Of a DNA stretch of 64,000 nt, positions 37,618 through 50,000 are shown one piece after another. Positions within the stretch are counted from its first letter, which is position 1, and each line of letters opens with the position of its first letter. The translations under genes and the position numbers were made by a program. Under the pieces are notes generated by a model. That model saw only the letters and a program-made list of their open reading frames with translations. It made no database searches and was not told the DNA's origin. This DNA comes from Mobula hypostoma (Eukaryota), in the NCBI RefSeq assembly GCF_963921235.1, contig NC_086097.1, positions 246,700,001-246,764,000 on the forward strand, written 5' to 3'.

Positions 37618-38601
37618 AACCAAATAACCAAATAACCATTACACACACAGCACGGAAACAGGCCATCTCGGCTCTTCTAGTCTGTGCCAAACACTTACTC
37701 TCACCTAGTCCCACCGACCTGCACTTAGACCATAACTCTCCATTCCTTTCCTGTCCATATAGCGATCCAATTTAACTTTAAACGACAACATCGAACCTGC
37801 CTCTACGACTTCTGCTGGAAGCTCGTTCCACACAGCCACCACTCTCTGAGTAAAGAAGTTCCCCCTCATGTTACCCCTAAACTTTTGCCCCCTAACTCTC
37901 AACTCATGTCCTCTTGTTTGAATCTCCCCTACTCTCAATGGAAAAAGCCTATCCACGTCAACTCTATCTATCCCCCTCATAATTTTAAATACCTCTATTA
38001 AGTCCCCCCTCAACCTTCTACGCTCCAAAGAATAAAGACCCAACTTGTTCAACCTCTCTCTGTAACTTAGGTGCTGAAACCCAGGTAACATTCTAGTAAA
38101 TATTCTCTGTATTCTCTCTATTTTGTTGACATCTTTCCTATAATTCGGTGACCAGAACTGTACACAATACTCCAAATTTGGCCTTACCAATGCATTGTAC
38201 AATTTTAACATTACATCCCAACTCCTATACTCAATGCTTTGATTTATAAAGGCCAGCATACCAAAAGCTTTCTTCACCACCCTATCTACATGAGATTCCA
38301 CCTTCAGGGAACTATGCACCATTATTCCTAGATCCCTCTGTTCTACTGCATTCTTCAATGCCCTATGTTTTACCATGTGTGTCCTGTTTTGATTAGTCCT
38401 ACCAAAATGCAGCACCTCACATTTATCAGCATTAAACTCCATCTGCCATCTTTCAGCCCACTCTTCTAACTGGCCTAAATCTCTCTGCAAGCTTTGAAAA
38501 CCTACTTCATTATCCACAACTCCACCTATCTTAGTATCATCTGCATACTTACTGATCCAATTTACCACTCCATCATCCAGATCATTAATGTATATGACAA
38601 A
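37618..38601 (-). mobile_element. CR1 3' fragment with an uninterrupted 287-aa ORF2 C-terminus; a short remainder lies at about 45606-45630
   Basis: ORF 37705..38568 (KYADDTKIGG...RPNLEYCVQFW...RVVAVWN) and a (taaccaaa)n tail. CR1 sequence resumes after the Gypsy 3' LTR. Confidence 0.92.
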
Positions 38602-39224
38602 TGTAAGGGGTTTCTTCTTTTATGTTACTGCGTATGTTAATCAAAATGGCTTCTTTGTTATGGTAAGTGCTGAGAAGGTTCTCCCGCTGCAGCTTGTTTG
38701 GGTTATATTATTGATAAGAGAGCGAATGACCCAATGGGTGTCCATGTTATTCTTTTTTTGGGGTGATATTCTGTCTCATATGGCTGGGAAACGGGGGTTT
38801 CGGCGGGCTTTTGGAGGAGAGACTGGGAGTAAGTCGGACATGCTGGGAGCGCTCTGGTTGATCACCTTGGGTCGTTCCAAGCTGCGAGTCGAGGGGGTCG
38901 GAGTGGATTGCAGGGGGAAGAAAGAAGGACCCGGGTGTTTGAGCTCCAACTGTGTGTGCACGAAGAAATTGAACTTTGATAAGTCTGGCACCTTTTTCTT
39001 TTCCTTTTATATTGTATCTCTATTAATCTCATAGTCCTAATAAAATTTATAAAGTGTAATCTGTAAAATGTACAAACATTTGTATATTGTGTGCTGGCTG
39101 ATGATTGATGTTTGAGGCCGAATCAGGTGGCATTGCACAGCAACTGACGCAACCGGGAGACACAGTTGGGCGGCGGACGGGGCTTCCCCTAGATAAATAT
39201 GAGCCGATATAGCTGAGCGTTACA
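38602..39224 (+). repeat. 5' LTR
   Basis: Direct repeat of 45038-45605 with TG...CA ends. Confidence 0.95.
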
Positions 39225-39228
39225 TTTG

Positions 39229-39249
39229 TGGGGGCCAACATCAGGGATT
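39229..39249 (+). promoter_or_regulatory. Primer-binding site, degenerate tRNA-Pro-like
   Basis: TGGGGGCCAACATCAGGGATT starts 4 nt after the LTR and resembles TGGGGGCTCGTCCGGGATT. Confidence 0.5.
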
Positions 39250-39295
39250 GAATTTTCGGTAAGCTGTATAAATCGCCACGTTAAGTAGTGCGGAG

Positions 39296-40597
39296 ATGGA
39301 TCGAGATAAACTGGTAAGCTGGTGTGAGTTAGAGGACGTACCGGTTAATCATGCGTGCATGTTAAGTGGGGTGGATTTCCGCATTTCAGGAGATGTACTA
39401 GTACGGGGGTTGAGTTTGATTAAAGGTATCGGGCAGGTAGAACTGATAGCTAGAAGGTGCGGTAAAGAAGTGGAACCCAGCTGGGTGTTGGTTCGTACGA
39501 GTGCTGACGTCATGACGTTGGAACTGCCAGCGACAGTCAGTGTCCGGGGGAGGTGGGGCCGTGAGGCCTCCACACCCTCCCGGAGGAAGAAAGTGAGGAG
39601 ACACTGGAGGAGGAGCTAGATGAGACCCCAAGGGAGGTGCCAGTAGCCAGTGGTGGGGGGGGGTCAGAGCGGGAAGGCTTGGCCAGGCCCCTTCCCCCAG
39701 CTAGAGGTGAGACCTCCAAGTTAGCAGCCGCCATTACCTCCCTGGTGAGAAGGGCCGAGGGGCCCCGACCGAAGCTGCGAATTTTCTCAGGAGCCACACC
39801 TACCCCGGAAGGGGAGGACGACTATGACACATGGATCGAAAATATGTCCCAGTTGTTAGAGGCGTGGCCAGGCTCAGATGAGGAAAAGAGACAGCGATTG
39901 GTGGAAAGTTTGAGGGGAGGGGCGGCCGGTGTCATCCGGGAGCTGAAAGCTGAACAGCCCTTGGCTTTCCTGGCAGAGTATCCGGAAGCTTTGGAGGGAG
40001 CGTTTGGAATGTCGGGAGAATCCTGGGAGCTCTTAGCGGAGTTTCACCACATGCAGCAGGGTAGAGGGGAAAAGCTCTCAGAGTACATTTTTTGACTGGA
40101 GAGAATGTTTACTGGGTTGCGGCGCTGAGGGGTAGTGAAGGCGGACGAAGTGGCGAGATTGAGGATGAGTCAGATATTCAGTGGTTCCCTGGAGGAGGAC
40201 AAGGTGGCTTGGAGTCTCCGGCAGTCCTATAAAAGGAGTCCCCCTCCATCATTCGGGCAGCTGATTAGAGAGGTGCGGGAGGATGAGAGCACGTTGGGCC
40301 GGAAAGGGGGCTCTGGTCACCGGGGACAATCCCCAGCGGTACAGGAGGTTGAGAACCAAGAAACCTAAGGGGGCCTGGGGGATAGGGACCCCTCACTTGA
40401 GGGGATGGACAGGGAGAGTACCCCCTTTGGGGGACGGCCTGCGCAGTGGGCTGGGAGTGGCGGGCGTCTCAGGAGGAAGCTGTGGGGAAGAGGCCCACTT
40501 TCGGAGGGATTGTGAGAGACAAAGCGCCCTGCAGAGGGCAAGCCCCCTGGCGACTAAGAAGGGAGAGGTGTTGGGAAACCTGGGAGAGACTCAGTGA
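39296..40597 (+). pseudogene. gag, PNMA (paraneoplastic Ma)-like capsid with degenerate CCHC knuckle; stops and frameshifts
   Basis: KLRIFSG..PTPEGEDDYDTW......W..SDEEKRQRLVESLRG, Q..GEKLSEYI, and C GEEAHFRRDC. Confidence 0.85.
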
Positions 40598-40599
40598 GG

Positions 40600-43500
40600 G
40601 AACGGACTGGAGTCTCTGGAGGACCACGTTCCCAGAAATCAGCCATGGGACCCCCGTAAGCTCAAGCCCTTATTCCGGATGGATTAGTGGGACCCCGTTC
40701 CAGCGTGTCCCTATAGATAGAGGGAATCTTTGCAAGAGCCATCCTTGACACAGGATCACAGGTTACCTTATTGTACCAGTCGTTCTACAACAAATATCTG
40801 AAGCATTTGCCAGTAACCCCGTTTAATGCACTGGATATTTGGGGCATAAATGATGGTGATTAACCGTACAATAGGTACTGTCAGTGAGATTGGAATTCTC
40901 GGAGGGCGATGTGGGAGTGTCGGAAGCCTTTGAGATGTTGGTGTTGGTTTGTCCGGACCCGGTGGAAACCGGTGACGCTGCCCTTCTGGAGGGGAATAAC
41001 TCCCCTCTTGTGCGACAGCTCCTGGGAGCCTGTAAGGAGAAGGCGGGGGAGAACTTTCTGGAGACCCGCTCGGTACACCCAGTGTTCCGAGCGGTGTACG
41101 AAGGAGTGGGTGACCCCCAGGGGCTGGATCCTGAGTGCAAACGAGGGACGATGTGGTGTACTCAGGCGAGGTCTAAAGTGATACGGCCAGGGGAGGTGGC
41201 ACTAGTAATGGGGACCTCCAGATTCCCCGGAGTACCGGCGGGCGAGGCCCTGTTAGTAGACGCCCTGGAAGACCTTGAAGGGGAATCCCGGTTCCTGGCT
41301 GGGGTACTGGTGAGACCTGAATTGCAGAGGCCCTCGGTTGTACAGGGATGCCGGATGGGGGTGATTGTAAGGAACACAACGGAGAGGGAGATCACCTTTA
41401 AGCGCAAGATGCCCCTCGCGCACTTGTTCCCGGTGACGATGATGTCTAGCGCCCCCGTGAAGCCCACTGGAGGAAAACTATTAGAGAACGGGGGTGACTG
41501 ACCAATGAGGCCTTTAATTTTGAGGACTCCCCCAAACCGCCGGAGTACAAGAGAGGGCTGGTGGAGAAGATGCTGAAGCTAGGGGATGTCTTTTCTCAGG
41601 GCGAGTTTGATGTGGGCTGCTCCAAGAGCACTCGTCACACTATCCAGGTGACAAATGACACACCGTTTAGAGAAAGATCGTAGCGGTTGGCCCCAGCAGA
41701 TATGGAAGATGTGCGGCAGCACTTGCAGCAGTTGAAGGATGCAGGGATTATTGAGGAGTCCCGGAGCCCCTGTGCGTCCCCCATAGTAGTGGCCAGGAAG
41801 AAAAATGGGAAGGTACGCACATGTGTGGACTATAGGACCCTGAACCAGCGCACTGTCCCCGACCAGTATACGGTCCCGAGGGTTGAAGACGCGTTGGCCT
41901 GTTTGAGTGGTGCGCAGTGGTTTAGTGTCTTGGATTTGCGGAGTGGGTATTACCAGATTCCGATCAGTGGGGCCAATAGAGAGAAGACGGCCTTCATCTG
42001 TCCCCGGGATTCTTTCAGTTCAAACGAATGCCCCAAGCATATCAGGGGCCCCAGCCACCTTCCAGAGGCTCATGGAGAGGACAGTGGGGGATATGAACCT
42101 GCTCGAGGTGTTGGTGTATCTGGATGATCTGATAGTGTTTGGATCTACGCTGGAGGAACATGAGGAGTGGCTGCTGAAGGTGTTGAGTCAGCTGAAGGAG
42201 GAAGGGTTAAAACTTTCCCTGGATAAATGCCAGTTCTGTAAGCCGTCGGTCGGCTATGTTGGACACATAATTTCGCGAGATGGAGTGGCTACTGATCCGG
42301 CTAAGATAGACGCAGTGACCACCTGGCTGAGACCCCAGAAGGTGAGCGCCCTGCGCTCGTTTTTAGGGTTTTGTGGGTATTACCGGCGATTCGTGAAAGG
42401 ATACGCTAAAATGAGTCACCCATTGAACCAGCTGTTGTGTGGCTATCCACCTGTGGGGAAGAAAAGGAAGGGAGACTGTGGGCCGGAGGCAGGAGGATAC
42501 TTGAACCCGGCGGAGCCCTTTGGATCGAGGTGGGATGCTCAATGTGAGGATACGTTCCAATCTCTGAAAAGGGCGCTGACGCAGGCCCCGGTGTTGGCTT
42601 TAGCCGATCCCCGGAAGCCGTATGTACTGCACACTGATGCCAGTCGAGAGGGTCTGGGGGCTGTCCTGTACCAGGAACAGGACAACGGATTGAGGCCGGT
42701 GGTGGTTGTCAGCCAAAGTTTGTCGCCATCTGAGAGAAACTATCCCACTCACAAGTTGGAGTTCCTGGCACTGAAATGGGCGGTGGTGGACATGTTGAGC
42801 GACTATCTATATGGGGCCAAGTTTGGGGTGAGAACGGACAACAACCCTCTCACTTATATCCTGACATCGGCAAAACTGGACGCTACTGCGCATCAGTGGT
42901 TGGCAGCCTTGTCTGCCTACGAGTTCAGCCTGAAGTACTGGCCGGGGGGTCCGAACATCGATGCAGATGCTTTATCTCGTCGGGCGCATGATGAGTCAGG
43001 CACGGCTGAGGAGTGGGAGAGTGTCCCTGCCCCGGGAGTGAAGGCCATGTGTCAATTTGCAAGCGACACTAAAGCAGGAGTCCCAATGGGGCCGGATCGG
43101 GCAGTGGATCAATTGGGGGCTGACGATGACGCGTTAGCCACTGGGTACTGTAATTTGACTGCTCTGAGGAACAGGCAGCTGCCGGAGGTGAGCCCCCAGG
43201 AAGTGGGGGCAGCTCAGCGTGAAGACCCGAGCATTGGCAGTATCTAGTACGCGGCTAAAAAGGGGGATATGGCTCAGGTGGAGAAGGCGAAGCACGCCTC
43301 AGTGCCCTTACTACAGAAGGAGTGGCCTCGGTTGAAGCTGAAGAACCAAATCTTGTACCGGGTCACGTCGCCCCTGGACCACCCCCGGCGTTGGCAGCTG
43401 GTCATGCCTGAGAAGTATCAGAAGACTGTGCTCCAGGCACTACATGATGATTCCAGGCACTTGGTAGTGGAAAAGACCTATGGATTACTCGACCAGTTTT

Positions 43501-44818
43501 ACTGGCCCCGGATGAGGGGAGAGGTTGATGAATACTTAAGAAATGCAGTCGCTGCATCCAGAGGAAGACCCTGCCTGCGCAGGCAGCTCCTTTGTCCCAC
43601 TTGCAGATTGCGGGACCCACGGCCCTGGTGCATATGGATTTCCTGTCTATTGAGCCAGACACCAGCAACACCGCGAATGTCTTAGTCATCACGGATCACT
43701 ACACTAGATACGCTCACGCGTTTCCCACTAAGGACCAGAAAGAGACTACAGTGGCGAAGGTGTTATGGGAGAAGTACTTTGTTCATTATGGCCTTCCCCG
43801 GCGGATCCACAGTGATCAGGGACAGGACTTCAAGAGCAGGCTTATCCATGAATTACTGGGTATGCTTGGAGTCGAGAAATCCAGGACCACCCCCTAACAC
43901 CTGCAGGGTGATCCTCAGCCCGAGGAGTTTAACCGGACCCTGTTGGACATGCTCGGGACTCTGGAGATCAGTCAGAAGAGTAACTGGAGTCAGCACATCG
44001 GACATTTGGTTCACTGTTACAATTGTACTCGCAATGACGCTACAGGGTACTCGCCTTATTATCTGATGTTCGGGCGGGAAGCGAGGTTGCCCATTGACCT
44101 GTGTTTTGGGACTGAAGTAGGTGAATTACCTTCAAAGCCCTATCTGAAGTATATGTCCGATATGAGGAGAGAGTTGAAAGGGGCATACCAGTTGGCTGAG
44201 GCGGCGGCCACCAAGCAGAATCAAGGGAATAAGAGGAGGTATGATCAGAAAATGAAGTTTGCCCAACTACTGCCGGGAGACCGGGTCCTTATACGGAATA
44301 TAGGACTACCTGGTAAGCACAAGTTGGCGGACCGTTGGGCAGCCACCCCCTATGTGGTAGAGAGGCAGATGCCGAATCTACCTGTTTACCGGGTGAGACC
44401 CGAGGACAGGAAGGGGCCTGTCAAGGTACGCCATCGGAACCACCTGTTACCTCTGGGTCGAGAAGTGCAGGTAGACCAAGAGCCCAAATGGAAGTTTACG
44501 CCTAGTACGAGGACTCTGCGAGGGTGTAGGGCGAGGGAAGAGCCCGCTGCAAAAGAGACAGGACCAGTCCCCACCCCGGAAAGGGATACTGCTTCAGAAG
44601 ACGATGATTCGGACGTGTGGCACCTATTTCCATTCGCAAATTCCCCAGTACCACCACTGAGTTGGGTGAGAGGAGGGAGGGTGTTGGGGGGCAGCCTGAG
44701 ATACAGCCGGCATTGGGGGAAGAAAGGGTGGAATCAGAACCCGAGACAGAGGGCTCACAGTGAGAGAGAGGGTGAGGGTCTGACAGGTAAGGCCCAGGGT
44801 GTCACCCGTGGTGTCTGA
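40600..44818 (+). pseudogene. pol: protease, RT, RNase H, integrase; disrupted
   Basis: AILDTGSQV (about 40738), CVDYRTLN, LDLRSGYYQI, YLDD, LHTDAS, LEFLALKWAV, TDNNPL, HMDF...ITDHYT, IHSDQG, TGYSPYYLMFGR. Confidence 0.95.
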
Positions 44819-45024
44819 GCCGGAAGGGTCGGCAGAGGAGGTACGGAGGTCTCAGAAGTAGGCACCTCCCTGAGAGGTTGACCTATACAGCGCCGGGAGA
44901 ACAGGGTGTGATCTCTACTGCCCTGGGAAGTTATGTCACTGCTTTATGCACCTGGGTTGGGTTTTTTGTTTTGCAAGGAGCAATGGTTAACTCTGTTAAT
45001 GTCATGAGGGCATGACTTTTATTT

Positions 45025-45037
45025 GGTGGGGGGAGAG
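45025..45037 (+). promoter_or_regulatory. Polypurine tract
   Basis: GGTGGGGGGAGAG immediately before the 3' LTR. Confidence 0.85.
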
Positions 45038-45605
45038 TGTAAGGGGTTTCTTCTTTTATGTTACTGCGTATGTTAATCAAAATGGCTTCTTTGTTATGTT
45101 AAGTGCTGAGAAGGTTCTCTCACTGCAGCTTGTTTGGGTTATATTATTGATAAGAGATTTTTTTTGGGGGTGATATTGTCTCATATGGCTGGGAAACGGG
45201 GGTTTCGGCGGGCTTTTGGAGGAGAGACCGGGAGTAAGACGGACGTGCTGGAAGCGCTCTGTTCAATCACCTTGGGTGGTCCCGAGCTGCGAGTCGAGGG
45301 GGTCGGAGTGGATCGCAGGGTGAAGAGAGAAGACCCCGGGTATTTGAGTTCCAACTGTGTGCGCACTAAGAAATTGAACTTTGGTAAGTTTGGCACCTTT
45401 TTCTTTTCCTTTTATGTTGTATCTCTATTAATCTCATAGTCCTAGTAAGATTTATAAAGTGTAATCTGTAAAATGTACATTGTGTGCTGGCTGATGATTG
45501 AGGTTTTTGAGGCCGAATCAGGAACCGACGCAACCGGGAGACACAGTTGGGCAGCGGACGGGGTTTCCCCTAGATAAATACGAGCCGATATAGCTGAGCG
45601 TTACA
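45038..45605 (+). repeat. 3' LTR
   Basis: Direct repeat of the 5' LTR with several deletions. Confidence 0.95.
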
Positions 45606-45900
45606 CAAACAACACTGGACACAGTACAGTGGACACTGGAGAGTGGAATCAATGTTTTGGTAAGTATAAGGTTTTGATAGCTAGGATAAATAAACTATGG
45701 GTAGTTTTGGGTGCACTGAAACATGAACCTGGCTTCCATCAACAAGGAGATTTTAACTTTATAAATTCTACATTTTCATTTCTTTTCCTGCTTGCACACC
45801 TAAATACCAGCACCTTAATTCAAAGAAGAAACTACCCAAATCTATTCACACACAGCTTGTGTAAGTATTACAGAGAAATACTTCAAGCCATTCAGAGTTA

Positions 45901-46928
45901 AGGCTGATTTATACTTATATATACGGGCTACGCCGTAGGCCTGATTTATACTTTTGCGTAGCCCTACGCCGTAGCGAGCATGCATAGTTGTGTCTGCGTT
46001 GCTCTGCAATTCACCGCCAAAACGCTAGTTGGCGGTGGGGTTTCTATGCCACTGTGTTGAGTTTCTTCATGAGAGACATGGAAATGCATTTCAAATATTT
46101 TCAGATGTCAGCAGGTAGATTTGACGATCTGGTTCATCATCTCCAACCATTTATTTCGCGTCAGTGTACAGACATGTACAGTGGACATCAAAAGAAGAAT
46201 AGGGATGCCAAAAGACACCTTTACAAGAATGAAGAGTATACTGACCAATACTAAACTAGGCATGACAACCCACCTCAGAGTACTGAAATGTTGTGTTTAT
46301 CCAGTTATGTTATATGGCTCAGAATGTTGGACAATATCTAGTAACATGAGGAAATAAATTGTAGCAGCAGAAATGTGGTTTTTGAGGAGGATGCAAAGAA
46401 TATCATGGACGAAACGTATATCTAACGAGGATGTCATGAACAGAGCAAACAAAAAAAGAGAAATAATGTATGAGATCATGAAAAGGCAACATAACTTCAT
46501 TGGACATGTGATTAGGAAAGAGGAGTTAGAATGCACGGTAATTATGGGAAAGATTGAAGGGAAGAAAGCAAGAGGAAGACAAAGACAAATGATGATGGAG
46601 ACAGCAGCCAGAGAATTGGAAATGAATACCAATGAATTGATCCACTTGACCCGAACAGGAGCGTGTGGGCCATGGCAATCAAAGCTCAAACTGGGCATGG
46701 CACCTGATGATGATGATGATGTACAGACATGGTGGAGCAAAGCAATCGGAAATGCGTAGGAGGAAATGCGATGCTACCAAGTGGACCAATCACAGTTGTT
46801 GCGGTCTGCATCGCCACGATGCGTGAGTTACATTTTTGGGGAGGTGCACGTCACCCTACGGCGTAGGGTACGGCGAGGGGTACACGATACCTACAGCATA
46901 CATTCGACGCACGAGTATAAATCAGCCT
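45901..46928 (+). mobile_element. PIF/Harbinger non-autonomous transposon
   Basis: Perfect TIR AGGCTGATTTATACT / AGTATAAATCAGCCT, TTA TSD, and transposase remnant FKYFQMSAGRFDDLVHHLQPFI. Confidence 0.85.
46177..46719 (+). mobile_element. RTE-clade LINE 3' fragment inside the Harbinger element
   Basis: YPVMLYGSECWT, MWFLRRMQRISW, (GAT)n tail, and a 12-bp TSD TGTACAGACATG (46165-46176, 46720-46731). Confidence 0.9.
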
Positions 46929-47019
46929 TTAGGAGAATCAAATGATGCAAACCAAATAACAAACAATGAAATGGAAAGTACTACCGAAGATCAAGGCAAC
47001 AAGAACAACAAGTTCAAGT

Positions 47020-50000
47020 CATTGAGTCATGGAGTACAACAGAGCAGAAACTACCCATCTAGTTCATGCTGAACTGTTAATTTGCGTAGCCCTATCAATG
47101 GCACTTTAACTAGAGCCCTACCATCCATGTATCGATCTAAACTTCTCTTAAATTTTGCAATCATACCTGCATCTACCACTCCTGCTGTGTAATGTGGAAG
47201 CAGGTTCGCGGGTTTGGGGAGTAAGACAGCAGATGTTAATTATGAATAAGCATATTAATCACTTACTTACAAGCAGTAAAAGATTTGACCAACATTTAAG
47301 TTCCCCCAAGCTGCACAAGCTACAAAACTAAATATTCAGCAGATACTTAGCTAAGAGTGCACGCAGAGCATACCTTGCCAATGGCTCATCGGCACTGGTC
47401 GCGACGTGGGGACAAAGCAAACAGAAGCCAAGCCTCCCACATGTGCCATTCTTATACCCCTTGAGGTGCCCAGAACCAGAAATCCATGCCGTAGCACACA
47501 CACCAACAAATGGTAAAGAGCGGCCACAACTTTTAAACTGGCCAATCAACCAGTGACATAGAGGAAGCGGGCTTCAACCAGCAAATAAACCAACCGCCCA
47601 CTCGACATGCTGGCAGCTCATTCCACACTGACACCATCCTCTGAGTGAAGTTGTTCCCTGTCAGGTTCCCCATAAATATTTTACTTTTCATCCTTAAGCC
47701 ATGACCTCCAGTTCTAGACTCACCCAATCTCCTGTAAATTTTCTCAGTTCTCTTTCAATCTTATTGATATCTTTCCTGTAGGCAGAACCAGAAATTGGTG
47801 CCACAGCAAGCACACCAATAGAAAAGAGTGGCCACAACTTTTAAACCGGCCAATCAACGAGTGACATGGAGGAAGCTGGCTTCAACTAGCAAATAAACTG
47901 CACACAATGCTCCAAATCTTGCCTCAACAACTTCAACATCAAATCCCAACTCCTGTACTCAATAGTCTTTTTTACGAAGGACAATGTGCCAAAGCTCTCT
48001 TTATGACCCTATGCACCAGTGATGCCATTTCAAGGAATTATGGGTCGGTATTCCCAGATCACTCTGTTCGACCACACTCCACAGTGTTCTACCAGTAACC
48101 GCGTAAGTCCTACCCTGGTTTGTCCTCCCAAAGTACAACACATTGCATTTGTCTGCATTAGATTCCATCTGCCATTTTTCACCCCATTTTTCCAGCTGAT
48201 CCAGATCTCGCTGCAAGCTTCGTCAGTCCTCGCAGTCCACTATGCCCACAATCTTGGTGTCACCTGAAAATATCCTGATCCAGTTTGCAACACTATCATC
48301 CAAATCATTAATACAGATGACAAATAACAATAGACCCAGCACCGATCCCTGTGACACACCACTAGTCACATACCTTTACTCAGAGAGGCAACTCTTTGGC
48401 TTCTACAACTAAACTAATTTTGAATCCAATTTACCCCTTCATCTTATATGCCAGGCAACTGAACCTTCTGAAACAGCCTCCCATGCAGGATCTTGTCAAA
48501 GGCCTTGCTGAAGTCTATGCAGACAACATTCACATAGACCATAAAACATAGGAGCAGAATTAGGCCAATCAGACCATCGAGTCTGCATCGCCATTCCAAC
48601 ATGACTGATTCTTTATCCCTCTTCCTGTAACCTCTGATGCCCTGACTAGTCAAGAAACTATCAAACTCAGCTTTAAATATACTCAATGACTTGGTCTCCA
48701 TAGCAGTCTGTGGCAATGAATTCCACAGTTTCATCACCAACTGGATAAAAAAAATTCCTCCTCACCTCTGTACTAAAGGGATATCCTTCTATTCTGACAA
48801 CTAACATCACATTTGCCTTTCTCACCACTGACTCAATCAGCAACCTTTAGGGAATCCTGCACGAGGACTCCCAAGTCTCCCTGATTTTTGAATTTTCTCC
48901 CCATTTAGAAATAGTCTACGCCTTTATCCCCTCTAGCAAATTGCATGACCATACTCTTCCCGACACAATACTCCATCGGCCATTTCTTTTCCCGTTCTCT
49001 TCATCTGTTTAAGTCCTTCTATAAATTCCCTGCTTCCTCAACACTACCTGCCCCCACCTATCTTCATATCGTCGACAAACTTGGCCACAAACTAATCAGT
49101 TCCATCATCCAAATCATTGACCTATAATGTAAAAAGGAACGGTCCTAACATGAACCCCTGCAGAACACCACTACCAACCAGAAAAGACTTATTTTATTCC
49201 CACTCTTTGTCTCCTGCCTATCAGCCAATCTTCCATCAATGCTAGTATCTTTCCTGTCATACCATCTGGTCTTATCTTGTTAAGAAGCCTCATGTGTGGC
49301 ACCTTGTCAAAGGCCTTCTTAAAATCCAAGTAAACAACATCCACTGTCTCTCCTTTGTCTATCCTGCCTGTTATTTCCTCAAAGAATTCCAACAGATTTG
49401 TCAGTCACAATTTCCCTCTCCAGAAAACCATGCTGACTTTGCCCTATTTTATCATGTGTTTCCAAGTACCCTGAAATTTCATGATCAATTATAGACTCCA
49501 ACATCTTCCCAACCACTGAAATCAGGCTAACTGGTACATAATATCACTTCTCTGCCTCCATCCTTTCTTTAAGAGCGGAGTGACATTTCCAATGACTAAC
49601 GCTTCCACAATGTTTTCACCTACCTCTTTCAGAACCCTGGGATGTAGTCCATCTGGGCCAGGTGACTTATCTACCTTCAGGCCTTTCAGCTTCCCAAGCA
49701 CCTTCTCCTTAGTAATAGCAACAAAGCAGTAACCTGATATGAATTTCTGACTTACTGCTAGTTTCTTCCACTGACATTTTTACCTGCCATTTTTTTGTCC
49801 CTCATAACTACCTCTCCAGTATCATTTTCCAGCAGTCCAATATTCACTTTCACCTCTTTTACTCTCCATATATCTAAAAAACCTTTTTGTATCCCATTTA
49901 ATATCATTGGCTTCATATTCTTAAATTCTGAAGTAGTGAAAAGGGTTTTCATTTTTGGGCATGAACAACACAACCTCGATGGTAGGGAAGACACAACAGC

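Larger units (their letters stand above)
38602..45605 (+). mobile_element. Full-length Ty3/Gypsy LTR retrotransposon (decayed)
   Basis: Two LTRs TGTAAG...GTTACA, a 4-bp TSD CAAA (38598-38601, 45606-45609), PBS, PPT, and gag-PR-RT-RH-IN domain order. Confidence 0.96.

Noticed and set aside
38588..39034. 148-aa ORF and its paralogue at 45134..45439
   Set aside because: Chance ORFs in the two LTRs; their similarity reflects the LTR duplication.
39296..40597. Domesticated PNMA gene
   Set aside because: It has stops and frameshifts and sits within a complete LTR element.
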